A stretch of DNA of 64,000 nt from Alphaproteobacteria bacterium (GTDB lineage Bacteria > Pseudomonadota > Alphaproteobacteria > CAISOG01), in the NCBI GenBank assembly GCA_044375625.1, contig JBILMH010000002.1:5277-69276 (forward strand). The letters run 5' to 3'. The position numbers and the translations under genes are program-made. The notes beneath the pieces are model-generated. The model saw only the letters and a program-made list of their open reading frames with translations. It made no database searches and was not told the origin of the DNA. This document shows positions 50,013 to 59,765 of the stretch, in pieces. The number at the start of each line of letters is the position of its first letter. The stretch's first letter is position 1.

Positions 50013-51130
50013 TGCTGCTGCACCGCTATATCCTGGGACAGTTTGCCCGTAGCCTGCTAACCATGCTGGCGCTGATGGCTATCATCATTTTTCTGCTGGA
50101 TTATTTAGAGCAAGCCCGCCGCTTTAGTGAGCGCGGATTGGATCTATCGGTGCTGTTAAAAATCATCTGGTTGCGTATGCCGCGGCTGTTGGGGCAAACC
50201 CTGCCCTTTATCTTGTTGTTCGCGGCCATTTTGGCCAGCCACCGTCTTAACCGCGGCCGTGAGCTGCTGATAGCCAGGCTAAGCGGCCTATCGCTGTTTC
50301 ATTTGATGGCGGGCTTGGTTATTGCAACTGGTCTGCTGGGTGTGACCAAAATTCTGCTGCTGGATCCCTTAGCCAACTACAGTTTTGGCCGTTATGAACG
50401 GCTGGAGGGCAGATTGCTGAATCGGCCGATCAATGTTAGCGGCCTGGGCGAAAATGGCCTATGGCTTAGTCAATCGCGTTTTAAGCCCGAAAGCACCGAA
50501 ATCGACGGTTATGACATTATGCAGGTGCAACAGTTTCAGGATCGGCCGCTAAAGCTGCGTCAAGTGATGATTTTGCAGTTTGATAGCCAAGATCGCCTGC
50601 TATCCCGCCTTAATGCCGCCGAAGCCGTCCCGCAGGAGGATCGTACTTGGATACTGGTGGATGTAACCCAATATGACTTGGCCAACCCCGATGCGCCGCC
50701 TGTGCCCGTCACCATATCCTCCATGACCTATGCCAGCGCGCTTAGCGGCGATAGCATTCGCCAACGGGTAGAGTCGCCCGAACGATTAACAGTATGGCAG
50801 CTGCCCCGCCTAATCCGCACCCTGGAGCAAACAGGCTTTGCCACCCGCGTTCATCGCCTGTATTGGCAAAGCCTACTGGCCTATCCCGTCCTGCTTATGA
50901 CCATGTTGGTGATTGGCATAACGGTGGGGCAGCATGGGGGGCCGCGCACCCAACAGCAGCTTTGGCAGGCTGTCGTCGGCGCCACCATCGCCTTTGGCTT
51001 TTATGGGTTAACTCAGGTTTTTCAGGCGCTGGCCACCGGCGATCGCATCCCCGTCATGGTTGGGGCATGGGCACCCGCCCTGATGATGCTGTCGGCCAGC
51101 TTAGCCTTTTTGTTGCATCGGGGCGAATAA
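50012..51130 (+). CDS. lptG: LPS export ABC permease LptG (start ATG 50012)
   Basis: LLHRYILGQFARSLL N-terminus, YjgP/YjgQ family, followed by lptD. Confidence 0.75.
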   Translation: MLLHRYILGQFARSLLTMLALMAIIIFLLDYLEQARRFSERGLDLSVLLKIIWLRMPRLLGQTLPFILLFAAILASHRLNRGRELLIARLSGLSLFHLMAGLVIATGLLGVTKILLLDPLANYSFGRYERLEGRLLNRPINVSGLGENGLWLSQSRFKPESTEIDGYDIMQVQQFQDRPLKLRQVMILQFDSQDRLLSRLNAAEAVPQEDRTWILVDVTQYDLANPDAPPVPVTISSMTYASALSGDSIRQRVESPERLTVWQLPRLIRTLEQTGFATRVHRLYWQSLLAYPVLLMTMLVIGITVGQHGGPRTQQQLWQAVVGATIAFGFYGLTQVFQALATGDRIPVMVGAWAPALMMLSASLAFLLHRGE

Positions 51131-51148
51131 CAGGCGAAAACAGTCTTC

Positions 51149-53395
51149 ATGCTTGCTCACGCTTTACCCCCTACGATACGGCGCCTTATCCTGCTGTCAG
51201 CCTGCCTGCTGATGGCCAGCGGCCTGCTGCACAGCAGTTTTGCCAACCCTGTTGATGCCCCTGCTACAGCGGGCACCAATGCGGGCAAGGATTTGCACAA
51301 GGATTTGCAGCGGCAGGCGTTGTTGGCCGCCGACCAACTGACCTATGACCAGCAGAACAAAAAAATCGTGGCGGAAGGCGGGGTGGAAATCGAGCGTGAT
51401 GGGCGGGTGTTGCAGGCGGATCGCGTTAGCTATGACCAAACCAACCGCGTCTTAACCGCCGAAGGCCATGTCAAATTGATTGATGTTAGTGGCGATGTGG
51501 CATTTGCCGACAAAATGGTGATGGATGACCAGTTCCGTGAGGGCTTTGCTGAGGAAGTTCGCCTGTTGTTGGCCGACAATTCCCGCATGGCCGCCCGCCG
51601 CGCCGATCGCAGCGATGGCAATCTCAGCAATTTGCATCGCGTGACTTTTTCGCCCTGCAAGGTTTGTGAGGATCCCAACCAGGCACCCTTTTGGCAGCTT
51701 AAGGCGGATCGCGTTACCCATAACCAACAGGACAAAATGTTGGTTTACCATGATGTTCGCCTGGAATTTTACGGGCTTCCCGTGTTCTATAGCCCCTATT
51801 TTTCCTATCCCGACCCCAGTGTTAAGAAAAAATCAGGGCTGTTAAGCCCATCCTATCTAAAATCCAGTCAAAACGGTAACGGGTTCAGCATCCCCTATTT
51901 CTGGAATATCGCACCAGAACGCGACCTAACCCTGCAACCTGTTGTCTATGACAAGGCGGGCAATTTGCTGAAACTGCAATACCGTAAACGCTTTCGGCGC
52001 GGCATTGTGGATGTGCAGGGCAGCGGTGGTTATCTGGATCGCGTGCTTGATGACGGCCAAACCTCGAATACTGGGCGTGGCCATATTAAGGCAATGGGGC
52101 GCTATGATTACGATGAAAACTGGCGCTTTGGCGCCGATATTCAAAAGGCGTCCGATAGATCCTACATGACCCGCTATGATATTGATAAAAACCTACTGCT
52201 GCAAAACCGATTGTATGCAGAGGGCTTTTATGGGCGTGATTATGCCAATGTGTCGCTGTACAAATTTGATGACTTGCGGCAATCGGTGGATCCAGAACTT
52301 TCGCCAAGGGCGCTGCCCGTCGCCTCCTACGAACATTATTCCCCCCGTTTGGGCGGCGGCAGTCTCTTGAGCAACAGTTATCTAAAATGGACGCCCAGCA
52401 CCGCCATTTTGCAACGGGATGTAGGCGTCAATACCCAACGATTATCCAGTAAGGCGGAATGGGTTATCCCAGAGCTGATTGCCAATAACGGCACGCGGTT
52501 GCGCCTAAACGCCCTTATCCAATCTGACCTTTATAAGGTGCAGGAGCCCAACACCACCAACGGATCGCGCGATATTGGCCGCCTTGTCCCGATTGCCAGC
52601 GCTAAGCTGGATCGCCCCCTGGTTTCGCCTGGCCAAGATTTCACCCAAACCATCAACCCGTTGGTGCAGGTGACCGCTACCCCCAACACCAAAGCCAACA
52701 GCAAAAAAATTCCTAATGAGGATAGCCAATCGTTTGAATTGGATGAAACCAACCTGCTCAGCACCAACCGCTTTCCTGGCCTGGATCGCCTGTCAACGGG
52801 CAATCGTGTTGATTATGGTGTTAGCCATGAAATAAAAAATCGTCGGGATCAGCATATTCGCACCTTTGTTGGCCAAAGCTTTGAACCGAACGCGAAAGAT
52901 GTTTACGGTGTTGATACGGGGGCGGGGCAATCGCTGTCCGATGTGGTAGGCGGTACCACCATTGGCCTTTCCAAAAATACTGAGGTGGCCTATCGATTCC
53001 GCCGTGACAGCGAATCCCTTAAATCCCGTCGGGATGAGGTTGGTTTTACCACTCAAATTAAGCCTGTTACCCTGAGCGCCAGCTATGTTGCACTGAACCC
53101 AAAATCGGCGACTAACACCAATCTTATCCCGCAAGAACAGGTGATTGGCAGCGTTGGCGTGAACCTAGGCGATGGGTGGAACCTGACCACCAGCAGCTCT
53201 CGCGATTTGCGGACTGGGCAGACTCGCAATTTCGGTGGCGCGTTGACCTATGGCAACGAATGTACCAACCTGTCCGCCACCTTTACCCATGATTTTACCT
53301 CTAATTCCGTGGACAACAAGCCAGGAACCAGCCTGCTGTTACAGCTGAATCTAAAGTATTTAGGCGATGTTGGGGATAGCAACCTTTCCTTCTAA
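51149..53395 (+). CDS. lptD: LPS-assembly protein LptD (OstA)
   Basis: Signal peptide, N-terminal OstA domain (ADQLTYDQQNKKIVAEGGVEI...), large C-terminal beta-barrel ending in aromatic residue. Confidence 0.85.
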   Translation: MLAHALPPTIRRLILLSACLLMASGLLHSSFANPVDAPATAGTNAGKDLHKDLQRQALLAADQLTYDQQNKKIVAEGGVEIERDGRVLQADRVSYDQTNRVLTAEGHVKLIDVSGDVAFADKMVMDDQFREGFAEEVRLLLADNSRMAARRADRSDGNLSNLHRVTFSPCKVCEDPNQAPFWQLKADRVTHNQQDKMLVYHDVRLEFYGLPVFYSPYFSYPDPSVKKKSGLLSPSYLKSSQNGNGFSIPYFWNIAPERDLTLQPVVYDKAGNLLKLQYRKRFRRGIVDVQGSGGYLDRVLDDGQTSNTGRGHIKAMGRYDYDENWRFGADIQKASDRSYMTRYDIDKNLLLQNRLYAEGFYGRDYANVSLYKFDDLRQSVDPELSPRALPVASYEHYSPRLGGGSLLSNSYLKWTPSTAILQRDVGVNTQRLSSKAEWVIPELIANNGTRLRLNALIQSDLYKVQEPNTTNGSRDIGRLVPIASAKLDRPLVSPGQDFTQTINPLVQVTATPNTKANSKKIPNEDSQSFELDETNLLSTNRFPGLDRLSTGNRVDYGVSHEIKNRRDQHIRTFVGQSFEPNAKDVYGVDTGAGQSLSDVVGGTTIGLSKNTEVAYRFRRDSESLKSRRDEVGFTTQIKPVTLSASYVALNPKSATNTNLIPQEQVIGSVGVNLGDGWNLTTSSSRDLRTGQTRNFGGALTYGNECTNLSATFTHDFTSNSVDNKPGTSLLLQLNLKYLGDVGDSNLSF

Positions 53396-53467
53396 AGGCT
53401 GCTAGCCAAATTTCGTGGGATAGCATAACCTGCACCATCATTAGCAACATTTGAATTTGGATAACCT

Positions 53468-54823
53468 ATGCGTATCGGTCGTTTCGTTCTTTTATCATTA
53501 AGCCTGCTGCTGACAGTCTATGCCCACAACCCTGTGCATGCGGAAACAGCGGCCAAACCAAAGCCAAAACCCGCAAGCCAACCAGCGGCTGCTACTGCTG
53601 CTGCCCCTACCCCTACCCCTACTGTATCCAAACCACCGTTGCAGGATGGCCAATATATCGTGGCCACGGTCAACAAAAAGCCGATTACCCGCTTTGATTG
53701 GGAACAGCGGATTCGGGTTGCCCTGGTCATGGCCGATATGCAGCCAACCGCCGCCAACAGTGAGCAGGTCGCCCTGCCCGTGTTGCGCAATTTGGTTGAT
53801 GAGCAGGTGAAGTTGCAGGAGGCGGAAAGGCTGAATTTGTCGGTAAAACCTGAAGAAATCGACAATGTCTATGCCAGCATTGAGCAAAATAACAAAATGG
53901 CCAAGGGCGGGATGAAGCAGATGCTGAAGAAGCTGCAGGTTTCCGAAGCCGCCTATGACAATGAAATTCGTGCTAGCCTGTTGTGGCGCAAGGTGATTCA
54001 ACGCGCGCTGATTCCCGAAATGCAAGTTTCGGGGGATGAGGTGATGCGCGCCCGCCAACGCAAGCTGGCGGTGATGGATAGGCCAGAATATCGCCTGGCC
54101 GAAATCGTCCTGAACAGTGAGGATCCCTCCACCCGGGATCGGGTGATTGAATCGGCCAAGGGGTTGATGCAGGCCTTGGCCGCGGGTGCCGATTTTTACA
54201 AACTGGCCAAACAGTTTTCCAGCAGCCCATCGGCGGCGGAGGGCGGCAATCTGGGGCTGATTCCCGAATCCTTGCTGGCGGAGGATCAGCGGCAATTGTT
54301 CAAAAATCAGGGTGCTGGCCGTGTGTTAACCCTGGAACGCAACGACGAAATTGTTATCTATTGGTTGCAGGAGGTTCGGCAACCCAATCAAACCTACAAT
54401 AAATCTATCCAGTTGAATGTTAAGCAAATTTTGTTGCCCGCTGACGGTGATTTGGCGATGGCACAGGCCACCCAACAAAGTCTGGCGAACACCGATTGTG
54501 GGCAGCTAACGACGCAGCTGGAAAGCCAGGTTCCTGGTGGGCGTGTGCTGGAGCTAAGTGACGCCAAGCTAAGCGATTTTTCCCGATCATTGGCCGCTGA
54601 GCTGGCGTCTATGCCCGTTGGTGGCGTAACCACGCCGATTAAGGCGGATAGCGGCTATACCATGTTAAAACTCTGCCAACTCAACCTGGATGGGGTTGCG
54701 GGTCTGGGCACCAAGGAATTGACGGATGGCTTGCGCCAGGAAAAAATTCTTCAGTCCGCCGCCCAATATCTACGCACCCTTAAGCGCAGCGCGCGTATCG
54801 AAATTAAGGTGACCTCCTATTAG
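53468..54823 (+). CDS. surA: Periplasmic chaperone/peptidyl-prolyl isomerase SurA
   Basis: Signal peptide, SurA N-domain, parvulin-like PPIase region; position in the lptD-surA-rsmA cluster. Confidence 0.8.
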   Translation: MRIGRFVLLSLSLLLTVYAHNPVHAETAAKPKPKPASQPAAATAAAPTPTPTVSKPPLQDGQYIVATVNKKPITRFDWEQRIRVALVMADMQPTAANSEQVALPVLRNLVDEQVKLQEAERLNLSVKPEEIDNVYASIEQNNKMAKGGMKQMLKKLQVSEAAYDNEIRASLLWRKVIQRALIPEMQVSGDEVMRARQRKLAVMDRPEYRLAEIVLNSEDPSTRDRVIESAKGLMQALAAGADFYKLAKQFSSSPSAAEGGNLGLIPESLLAEDQRQLFKNQGAGRVLTLERNDEIVIYWLQEVRQPNQTYNKSIQLNVKQILLPADGDLAMAQATQQSLANTDCGQLTTQLESQVPGGRVLELSDAKLSDFSRSLAAELASMPVGGVTTPIKADSGYTMLKLCQLNLDGVAGLGTKELTDGLRQEKILQSAAQYLRTLKRSARIEIKVTSY

Positions 54824-54838
54824 GGGGAGGCTTTTTCT

Positions 54839-55687
54839 ATGCCCCCCACCCTGCCCCCTGAATCGCCCCCAGCTCTGCCCACCGTCGCGGCCATCATCCG
54901 CCAACATGGCCTGAGCGCCAACAAAAGCTTGGGGCAACATTTTCTGCTGAACCCCAGCCTGCTGGAAAAAATCGTTACCGTGGCGGGCATTCCGCCGCAG
55001 GCGCAGGTGGTGGAAATTGGCCCTGGCCCTGGGGGGCTAACCCAGGCGCTGTTAAAACTGCTGCCCAACCCCGTGTTGGCGATAGAGCGGGATCAGCGGC
55101 TGATTCCTGTGTTGGAACAGTTGAGGGTCGCCTATCCCGCCCGTTTTTCCTTTCGCCTGACCGACGCCATGACCCTGAACTTGGCCGAATGGGCGGGGGA
55201 AGGCTTGGATCCGCTTTGGATAGTCGGCAACCTGCCCTATAATGTGGGAACCGCCATGTTGGCACACTGGTTAACCCCACCCCTGCTGCTGGCTGGCGCG
55301 GTGGTAATGCTGCAGAAGGAGGTGGCGGAGCGGATGGGCGCAACCCCTGGCGATGCTGGCTATGGCCGCCTTAGTTTGCTGACCCAGGCGGTGGTGGGCG
55401 TGGAAAAGCTGATGGATCTCAGCCCGCAAGCCTTTACCCCGCCGCCCAAAGTTCATTCACGCTTGATACGGCTGATTCCCCATGCGTCGCCGCCATCGCC
55501 CGACCTGTTTGCCTGCCTGGCGCGCCTAACCGCCATGGCGTTTCAACAGCGCCGCAAAAAGCTGAAAAGCACGCTGGCCAGCTATCTTTCCGCTATGGAG
55601 GCACTGGGGATAAATCCCGACCGCCGCCCTGAGGAGCTATCGTTGGCAGAATTTTTGGCGCTGGCACAAAAGATAAGTCAAGAATAA
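54839..55687 (+). CDS. rsmA: 16S rRNA (adenine1518/1519-N6)-dimethyltransferase
   Basis: KSLGQHFLLNPSLLEKIV, VVEIGPGPGGLT SAM motif. Confidence 0.9.
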   Translation: MPPTLPPESPPALPTVAAIIRQHGLSANKSLGQHFLLNPSLLEKIVTVAGIPPQAQVVEIGPGPGGLTQALLKLLPNPVLAIERDQRLIPVLEQLRVAYPARFSFRLTDAMTLNLAEWAGEGLDPLWIVGNLPYNVGTAMLAHWLTPPLLLAGAVVMLQKEVAERMGATPGDAGYGRLSLLTQAVVGVEKLMDLSPQAFTPPPKVHSRLIRLIPHASPPSPDLFACLARLTAMAFQQRRKKLKSTLASYLSAMEALGINPDRRPEELSLAEFLALAQKISQE

Positions 55688-55733
55688 ACTGGCAAAAAGC
55701 CAGTCGATGCCGATACCGTTAGCAAGCCGCCAT

Positions 55734-56411
55734 CTATAACGACTGCAGCACCACCTGATCCAACAGCTCCGCCACATGGGTGCGAACCATCAGGTCATTG
55801 GGGCGACATGCCTGCAACCCCAGGGCATCATCGGTTGCAATTTTATAGGCCAGGGCGGTGCTTTCCGCGATGGTGCGATTGACGATGATATAGTCATATT
55901 CGTTGTAAAAAGCGATTTCGCCATAGGCATTTTGAATGCGCCGCTGATTTTCCAGGGCATCGGTGCGCGGACGTGCCGCCAGCCGATCCCACAATTCCTG
56001 CATGGTGACGGGAAGTAAGAAAATTGCGGTTAAATAGTTGGTTAACTCTGGCCGCTTTTTAATCTGACGCATGCCCAGCGATTCGATGACCAACAGAACT
56101 TTTTGGCCAGACTCCAACTGCTGCAAAATATAATCGGCGGGGGTGCCATAGTGGTTGTCATGAATTTGGGTATGTTCCAACAGCTGGCCATCGGCCAAAC
56201 GGCGGTCAAATTCCTGTTGACTGATAAAGAAATAGTCCCGCCCATCAATCTCACCAGGCCGCTGTTTACGGGTGGTGACGGAGATAGAACGATGCAAGGT
56301 GGGATCCAGGCGCAACAGCTCGCCCGCTATTGTGGTTTTTCCACCGCCTGACGGGGCGGACAGAATAACCAACTTACCACCTTTGGGGGAACCATTATCT
56401 GGCACAGGCAT
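55734..56411 (-). CDS. gmk: Guanylate kinase
   Basis: P-loop SAPSGGGKTT, GMP-binding region. Confidence 0.9.
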   Translation of the reverse strand: MPVPDNGSPKGGKLVILSAPSGGGKTTIAGELLRLDPTLHRSISVTTRKQRPGEIDGRDYFFISQQEFDRRLADGQLLEHTQIHDNHYGTPADYILQQLESGQKVLLVIESLGMRQIKKRPELTNYLTAIFLLPVTMQELWDRLAARPRTDALENQRRIQNAYGEIAFYNEYDYIIVNRTIAESTALAYKIATDDALGLQACRPNDLMVRTHVAELLDQVVLQSL

Positions 56412-56559
56412 CGGCCTTTATGAAAGAGTGGGGTGATGAAAGGGCAAACCCTGGCGGACACAGGCTAAGTGACCTTAGGATACTATGGCTTATGCGACTT
56501 TTTAGGGTTTTAGGCAAGAAAAAGTTATCCTTAAGGGTTTAATGGATTAGCTTCATCGG

Positions 56560-57654
56560 TCAGTTCTGGGGGGATACCGCCCCCTCCTCCGCCTTGCGGC
56601 TTTCGTTCGCCCCTTTGCTTTTGCGCCAGGCCGCGACATTGGTCAAATGATCCTCATAGCTGTTGGCAAAGACATGCCCACCCTTGCCATCGGCCACAAA
56701 AAACAATTCATTTCCCAATTGCGCCTGCGCCACCGCCCACAGCGATGCACGGCCAGGGTTGCCAATCGGCGTGGGCGGCAAACCGTTAATGTGATAAGTG
56801 TTAAAGGGATGCTCAATAGCCAGATCCGATCGGGTCAGGGGTCTATCCATCGGCAATCCATCGCCAACCGCATAGGCCACGGTGGGATCCGCCTGCAACG
56901 GCATGTTGCGCACCAGCCGGTTCAGATACACCGCCGCCACCCGCGCCCGTTCCTCAGGCTGGGGGGTTTCCGCCTCAACAATGCTGGCCAAAATGACCAA
57001 ATCCTTGGCGTTACGCAGGGGCAATCCCTCGCGCCGTGCTGCCCAAATGGCCTGCACCACTTGCGCCATATCTTTTTGCATGCGGGCAACCAACGCTGGC
57101 CGCTTTTCGCCGCGCCGAAAGGCATAGCTTTCGGGCAACAGCGTACCCTCCGCGGGCGCAATCGCCACCTCCCCCGTCAATCCCTCCGCCACCTCAAGCC
57201 GTTGCACCACCTGGCGGCTGGTAAAACCCTCAACCACCGTGAACAGCCGCTGATACACCCGCCCGTTGGCAATCGCATCGGCAATTTGGCGACCCGTCTG
57301 CCCCGTTTTGATCTGATATTCCCCCGCCTTAAAGCGTCGATGTTGGCCAAAAACCAGGCTGCTGGCCATAAAGGATGATTCGCTTTTGACCACACCTGCC
57401 TCGGTTAATTGCTTGGCAATCCCCCGCAGGCCTGTGCCAGGCGCTATAACGATCAACTGCTCCTCACCCATATACGGCACCCGCATATAGCCCAGTTGTA
57501 GCCCGAACCAGCCAAAGCCAGCCATCCACAGCGCCATGCCCAGCAGCACCAGCACACCAAAGCGCCGCTGTTTGGATTTCAGCAATGCCGCACCCGCCTG
57601 GTTACTGGCTTGCGGAGCGGGAGATTGCAACGTGCTATCGTTATCGGTCATCAA
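56560..57654 (-). CDS. mltG: Endolytic murein transglycosylase MltG (YceG family)
   Basis: N-terminal TM, YceG-like domain with LASIVEAE...LQADPTVAY block. Confidence 0.85.
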   Translation of the reverse strand: MMTDNDSTLQSPAPQASNQAGAALLKSKQRRFGVLVLLGMALWMAGFGWFGLQLGYMRVPYMGEEQLIVIAPGTGLRGIAKQLTEAGVVKSESSFMASSLVFGQHRRFKAGEYQIKTGQTGRQIADAIANGRVYQRLFTVVEGFTSRQVVQRLEVAEGLTGEVAIAPAEGTLLPESYAFRRGEKRPALVARMQKDMAQVVQAIWAARREGLPLRNAKDLVILASIVEAETPQPEERARVAAVYLNRLVRNMPLQADPTVAYAVGDGLPMDRPLTRSDLAIEHPFNTYHINGLPPTPIGNPGRASLWAVAQAQLGNELFFVADGKGGHVFANSYEDHLTNVAAWRKSKGANESRKAEEGAVSPQN

Positions 57655-57750
57655 TAGGGATTCCTTTGTTAGGACAAATTGTGCCAGAGTGGGCGGGGCG
57701 TATCAATAGCTAATAGATTAACATGCGGGCTGAAAGGGTGCGGCGGGATT

Positions 57751-58488
57751 ATGCAATGGCAGGATAAGGCAATCGTGCTTAGCACGCAGGCGTTGGCGCA
57801 AACGGGGGTGCGGCTGACTGCACTGACCTCTGGCCACGGGCGGGCGGCTGGCCTGTATCGTCCCACTGCCCGCAAAAATGGTGGGCGGCATGTGCCCCAA
57901 GTCGGGGAGGTGGTAACGCTGCATTGGCGGGCGCGCCTGGCCGAACATTTGGGCAATTGGCAATTAGAGCCGTTGCACAACCATTTGCCCTATACCCTAT
58001 CCAACCCCGCCAAGTTGCAGGCGGTGTCGGCCATGACCGGTCTGTGCGAAGCCCTGTTGCCCGAACATCACCCCTATCCCCAATTGTATGATGCCTGTTG
58101 CCGATTGCTGATTGACCTGGCACAGCCTGATTGGCCAGATTGGATTAACAGCTATGTGGCTTTTGAAATGACGCTGTTGCAAGATCTGGGGTTCCAGCTG
58201 GATTTGGGGCGTTGTGCGGTCACAGGCACCACCAGCAATTTGGCCTATGTTTCCCCCAAAACGGGACGCGCCGTCAGCCTGGCGGGGGCAGGCAATTATG
58301 CCAGCCGCCTGTTACCCCTGCCCGCCCAAACCGACGCGCTTGCCTGGCTTGAGCTAACCGGATTTTTCCTGCGTCGCTATGGCGCCGATGGCCGCCGCCT
58401 ACCCGCCGCCCGCGATGCCCTGATAGACCAATTGACGATATTGGGCGGGCAGAGTGGGATGCAAGATACCATAGCTGCTATTGGCTAA
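57751..58488 (+). CDS. recO: DNA repair protein RecO (start ATG 57751)
   Basis: MQWQDKAIVLS N-terminal OB-fold pattern, ~245 aa; downstream of mltG. Confidence 0.7.
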   Translation: MQWQDKAIVLSTQALAQTGVRLTALTSGHGRAAGLYRPTARKNGGRHVPQVGEVVTLHWRARLAEHLGNWQLEPLHNHLPYTLSNPAKLQAVSAMTGLCEALLPEHHPYPQLYDACCRLLIDLAQPDWPDWINSYVAFEMTLLQDLGFQLDLGRCAVTGTTSNLAYVSPKTGRAVSLAGAGNYASRLLPLPAQTDALAWLELTGFFLRRYGADGRRLPAARDALIDQLTILGGQSGMQDTIAAIG

Positions 58489-58580
58489 ACCAATCGCTGT
58501 GCGTTGAAAATCGGTTGAAATTGGCTGCTGGTCGGCGCATAGTGCCACCAAGCTGTTGATTTCCTTATGAAGGCCGCACC

Positions 58581-59765
58581 ATGTCATTATCCCCCTCCTC
58601 CACCCCCGCTTCTCCACCCGCCGCCAGCCCATCCGTGCCCAATCAGAAGCAGGGACAAGAGAGCGCACCGCAACAGGTAGCGCAACGGATCGCCGTGGTG
58701 CTGTTTAACCTTGGGGGCCCCCTAAAGCCCGCCGATGTGCGGCCATTTCTGTTTAACCTGTTTAACGACAGGGCGATTTTGCGCTTACCCCGCCTGCCCC
58801 GTTGGTTGCTGGCGCAGCTGATTTCGCGCTTGCGGGCATCAAAGGCACGGGGCATTTATGCGGGACTGGGCGGGGGATCCCCGTTACTGGCCAACACGCA
58901 GGCGCAGGCGGATGCGCTGTTGGCGGCGTTGCAGGGCAAAACTCAAGAGGCGGAGGGCAATGCTATCGACTGGCACGTAGCGATTGCCATGCGCTACTGG
59001 CACCCCATGACGGCTGAGGCCGTGCGGCTGGTGAAGGAATTCGCCCCCGATCACCTGGTGCTGTTGCCCCTCTACCCCCAATTTTCGACCACCACCACCG
59101 CATCGTCGATTAACGCTTGGCGACAGGCGGCGGCGCGGCAAGGGCTGAAGGTAGCAACCAGTGTTACCATCGGCTGTTACCCCGTCGCAACAGGGCTGAT
59201 TGACGCCTATGCCGAATTGGCGGCGGCAAAGCTGGCCGCTGTGCCGGCTGGCCTGCCAGTACCGCGCCTGCTGTACTCCGCGCACGGCCTGCCCGAAAAA
59301 ATTGTGCAGGATGGTGACCCCTATCCCACCCAGGTCACGCTGACCGCTGAGGCCATTACCGCCCGCCTGCGCCAACACTATCCTGATTGCGCCTTTGAAC
59401 CGCGGCTGTGCTATCAAAGTCGTGTCGGGCCTGTAAAATGGATAGAGCCCAGCACGGAGCAGGAGATTGAGCAGGCGGGTCAGGCGGGGGTGCCGTTGGT
59501 GGTTCTGCCCATTGCCTTTGTCAGCGAACATTCCGAAACCCTAGTCGAATTGGATGAGGAATACGCCCATTTGGCGCAAGAGGCCGGCGTGCCCCACTAT
59601 GGCCGTGTGCCCACCGTTGATAGCCACCCCGCCTTTATTCAGGATCTGGCCAGCCAGGTTGTTCATGCCACCCATCAGGCCAATGGCACTATCGTGGGGC
59701 CAAAAACTTGCCCACCGGGCGCCATCTGCCTATGCCGCAACGATTTGACAGGAACCCAATCATGA
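58581..59765 (+). CDS. hemH: Ferrochelatase with about 35-aa S/P/A-rich N-terminal extension
   Basis: IAVVLFNLGGPLKPADVRPFLFNLFND and YPQFSTTTT ferrochelatase blocks. Confidence 0.85.
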   Translation: MSLSPSSTPASPPAASPSVPNQKQGQESAPQQVAQRIAVVLFNLGGPLKPADVRPFLFNLFNDRAILRLPRLPRWLLAQLISRLRASKARGIYAGLGGGSPLLANTQAQADALLAALQGKTQEAEGNAIDWHVAIAMRYWHPMTAEAVRLVKEFAPDHLVLLPLYPQFSTTTTASSINAWRQAAARQGLKVATSVTIGCYPVATGLIDAYAELAAAKLAAVPAGLPVPRLLYSAHGLPEKIVQDGDPYPTQVTLTAEAITARLRQHYPDCAFEPRLCYQSRVGPVKWIEPSTEQEIEQAGQAGVPLVVLPIAFVSEHSETLVELDEEYAHLAQEAGVPHYGRVPTVDSHPAFIQDLASQVVHATHQANGTIVGPKTCPPGAICLCRNDLTGTQS